64,000 bases of DNA, from contig NC_134027.1 of assembly GCF_964204645.1 (NCBI RefSeq), positions 20,174,560 to 20,238,559 of the forward strand, in the 5' to 3' direction. Below, piece after piece: positions 61,361 through 64,000 of this stretch (the first letter of the stretch is position 1; each line of letters begins with the position of its first letter). Source of the DNA: Tubulanus polymorphus. Lineage: Eukaryota; Animalia; Nemertea. The notes beneath the pieces are model-generated. The model was not told the origin of the DNA, ran no database searches, and worked only from the letters and a program-made list of their open reading frames with translations. Both the position numbers and the translations under genes were made by a program.

Positions 61361-61572
61361 CTTCTTCGTCGGCTAGAGACTCATCCGCCGATAATATTCG
61401 AACTAGAACCGGATTTGACCACGGCTGGTCTAGAATGTCTTTCATGATCGCGTGTTCGCCGTCGGATGGCTTAACGAACGATTCATTCAATTCGTCATTC
61501 AATAGTTTCTTATTTTCATCATCGTCGTTGATTTTCTGCCATTCGTTGCTAAGAACCAGCTTAGCCGATTGT
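61361..61572 (-). CDS. RLF/ZNF292/ZNF654-family exon (most 5' exon recognised; start lies further right)
   Basis: cag|A QSAKLVLSNEW...DQPWSNPVLVRILSADESLADEE G|gtgaga; WSNPVL..IL matches the ZNF292 WKNPVLCTILS motif; phase fits the next exon. Confidence 0.82.
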
Positions 61573-61762
61573 CTGCGAAAATCAAAATAACGGAAATAAT
61601 TTACAGAATTGACAATGAATTCAACACAAACCTCACCGAGCCAACTTCGACATCAGGAGCCAGTTTTATATAGACTGGTTTTAATCTTAATCTGGTTCTA
61701 AGCCAATCGGGAATGTAACACCAGCTATCCCGCCTAAGGGACGAGCGTTCATTCAGTCTTTA

Positions 61763-62410
61763 AGAGCAAATGCCATCAAAATAGAATATTGTGTAAAATT
61801 CATTTTCAAATGTGATGTATTCACAAATATCAAATATGGAACTGGTTTGAATTTCAGTTCAGCCATTACTGAGAAATATCACTTTTAAATCAGCAATTTC
61901 AGCACGTGCTCGCTGTTATTGTTTATGTTAGCAGGTGCATATTTCTGACGTCATCTCTGACAAACACTCGCCGCTTCCAGTCATTTCACTAGACATTTCA
62001 TGCGGTATTTTATCGTTTTAGGAGTGATTTGAATAAATAAACTCTTGCCATTGTAAGTGTTGCTACCGTTGTATACGCCATGATAACCGTATAAAGTGAG
62101 TAGCACTGTAGGTCAGTATATATGGTGAACAAATGCTGTTTATTTTAGCGATTATACACAGGCTTCATGTACTAACGCGCACATGTGCTTGTGTTGATTG
62201 TCATAGTTAACATCATAAATAGCGCCACCCCCTGGTTGAATATGAACTATACGCACGGAGTGAAGGATAAATAGATAACTATTCCGCTAACTATTACGGC
62301 TAATTCGTGCTCCTTTTTTCAATAAGTCACATCTCAGGTCGCTATATGTATACTAAAGTTTCTTCTGGCTAAGAAATCACGGAAAGTACAATTTTGATGG
62401 CATTTGCCCT
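61763..62410. mobile_element. Kolobok-like non-autonomous element, copy 2
   Basis: Full-length homolog of 4450-5085; ends GATGGCATTTGCCCT|TTAA. Confidence 0.82.
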
Positions 62411-64000
62411 TTAAGTTATCAAAATACGAATTAATCATTAATCAACATTGAACTGAATTTCTAGGCTTCTGAATCTATACATTAAGCTATCACCGGATCC
62501 ACCAAATATATGTCAAATTCATTTTACTTTTCAATTAATTCATATATTTTTCTAGAGAAATATTCATTCGAATTTAGGAGAAAAGTAGAAGAAACACGGA
62601 CTCCTAGCGAACCTGAAGGATCCTCGCCATAAACAGAATCCTTGATTGCCACAGGAGTATTCAAGGTTCCCCTCCCATTGTCACTTCAGTTACCCACCTA
62701 ATGTTGGTTTTATGGACAGATATTTTAACTTAAACCTGGGGTTTAAGCCCGGTCCTAAGTTGTTCGATTTGCTACGGAACTAAGATGGGCACGAATTGTT
62801 GTGTAGGCCCTGGTGATTAGGGGATATTCCTTGCCAGACAAGGCTTCAAAACTTGAAATCTTTAGACTGGATACATTCAAAATTGATTTTCTTTAGGACC
62901 TTGACATCTAAAAATTTGAAAAAATAATCAACAAAAGTTTTTTATTGATGGTTAAGGTTTGTATGCATCTAAATCAGTTAAAATAAACAGAATTAAATAA
63001 ATCAAGTCTAGGCCTATATCAAAATAAACTTAGAATGAACCATACTGTCTATGAAACATGGTCTCACTTTATGGTCTATTACTATGCATCAGTTTGTTCA
63101 GATTAATTGCATTCGAAATAAACAATTATTTGTCGTGAATTTGTTTTTTCTATCAGCGATTAATCTATGCACCCATCAATCAATTGGACTAACCCCCCAG
63201 CTCATAGACTCAATTGTTATTCGATGAACTTGACATCCACTCAATATCGAAGTAGCAACGATGAAAAAATTGTCGAACGGACAGAACCACAAAAAGTACA
63301 TGATCAATTTCTTTTAGTCCCCAATGAACAGAAATTGAGTGAAAATGTGCATCCCACTTGTGATGCTCTCAACAGGTTCTACTAGCAGGGCAGGTCACCC
63401 TGCTGTGTTAGGCTACACTACTGTGCTAAAACTTGATCACCCCGCAGAAACATAGCTACCTGGTATGTGATCACTTTATTCATTTGCATTACACTTAGGC
63501 AGACCACATTAGGTCCGTGGAAGCGGTTTTTCAATACACAGGCCTCACAGTGCCCTTTAAAAACCTAGAGGATAGTTCTTAGGTTCTTAGAGGACATGAT
63601 TTGCAGTAGAGGACATAGAGGACAAAAATTACTAAAATAATGTATCGGTAACATAAACTAAACTATGCATATCTCAATTCTCATGGAATGTTTTTGATAA
63701 TTGATTTCAGGTACTTGAACAATTGACCAAATCAAGGTATTTGCAGAACAGTCATAATGCATATTACATGAAATTTGATCGGCTCAATTTAACCCGAACC
63801 TTATGGCGAACCTATAGTGACTGTGATGTAGAGAGCTCAACTCGAATGCATCTAAGCACATTCAGTCAGCTGCTAAATTAAGGTACAGTATGTATAATTT
63901 TAGAATTAAAGATGGCCACCAGTCGGCCATATTGGATATCTTTACCTAGTTTTGTCATATTCCATTGACCATTTCATTTCACTATCTCATATGAAAAATG

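Overview
Eukaryotic (metazoan, probably lophotrochozoan invertebrate; taxon is inference) genomic DNA with three spliced host genes. (1) Importin-9 (IPO9), minus strand, exons 1-7, running off the left edge, with a U12-type minor intron. (2) A complete 10-exon ribophorin I (RPN1), plus strand, head-to-head with IPO9 (461 bp between ATGs), hosting two SNORD55-like C/D snoRNAs. (3) The 3' part of an RLF/ZNF292/ZNF654-family gene, minus strand, whose 3.9-kb last exon has an AT-hook and Q/S/T-rich tracts but no C2H2 fingers. IPO9 intron 1 (5330-33215, ~27.9 kb) is a stack of nested, decayed transposons: a CR1-like LINE, a Zator-like DDE transposase with two PHD fingers, a BEL/Pao LTR element, a Kolobok transposase, two nested Gypsy elements and many MITEs. 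All coding TEs are antisense to IPO9. The most striking signal is a Gypsy pol with a KDM5-PHD3-like (H3K4me3-reader type) finger between RNase H and integrase, lying ~1.4 kb from a housekeeping bidirectional promoter. Family assignments come from remembered motifs, not database searches. No CRISPR, rRNA or intact tRNA gene was seen.
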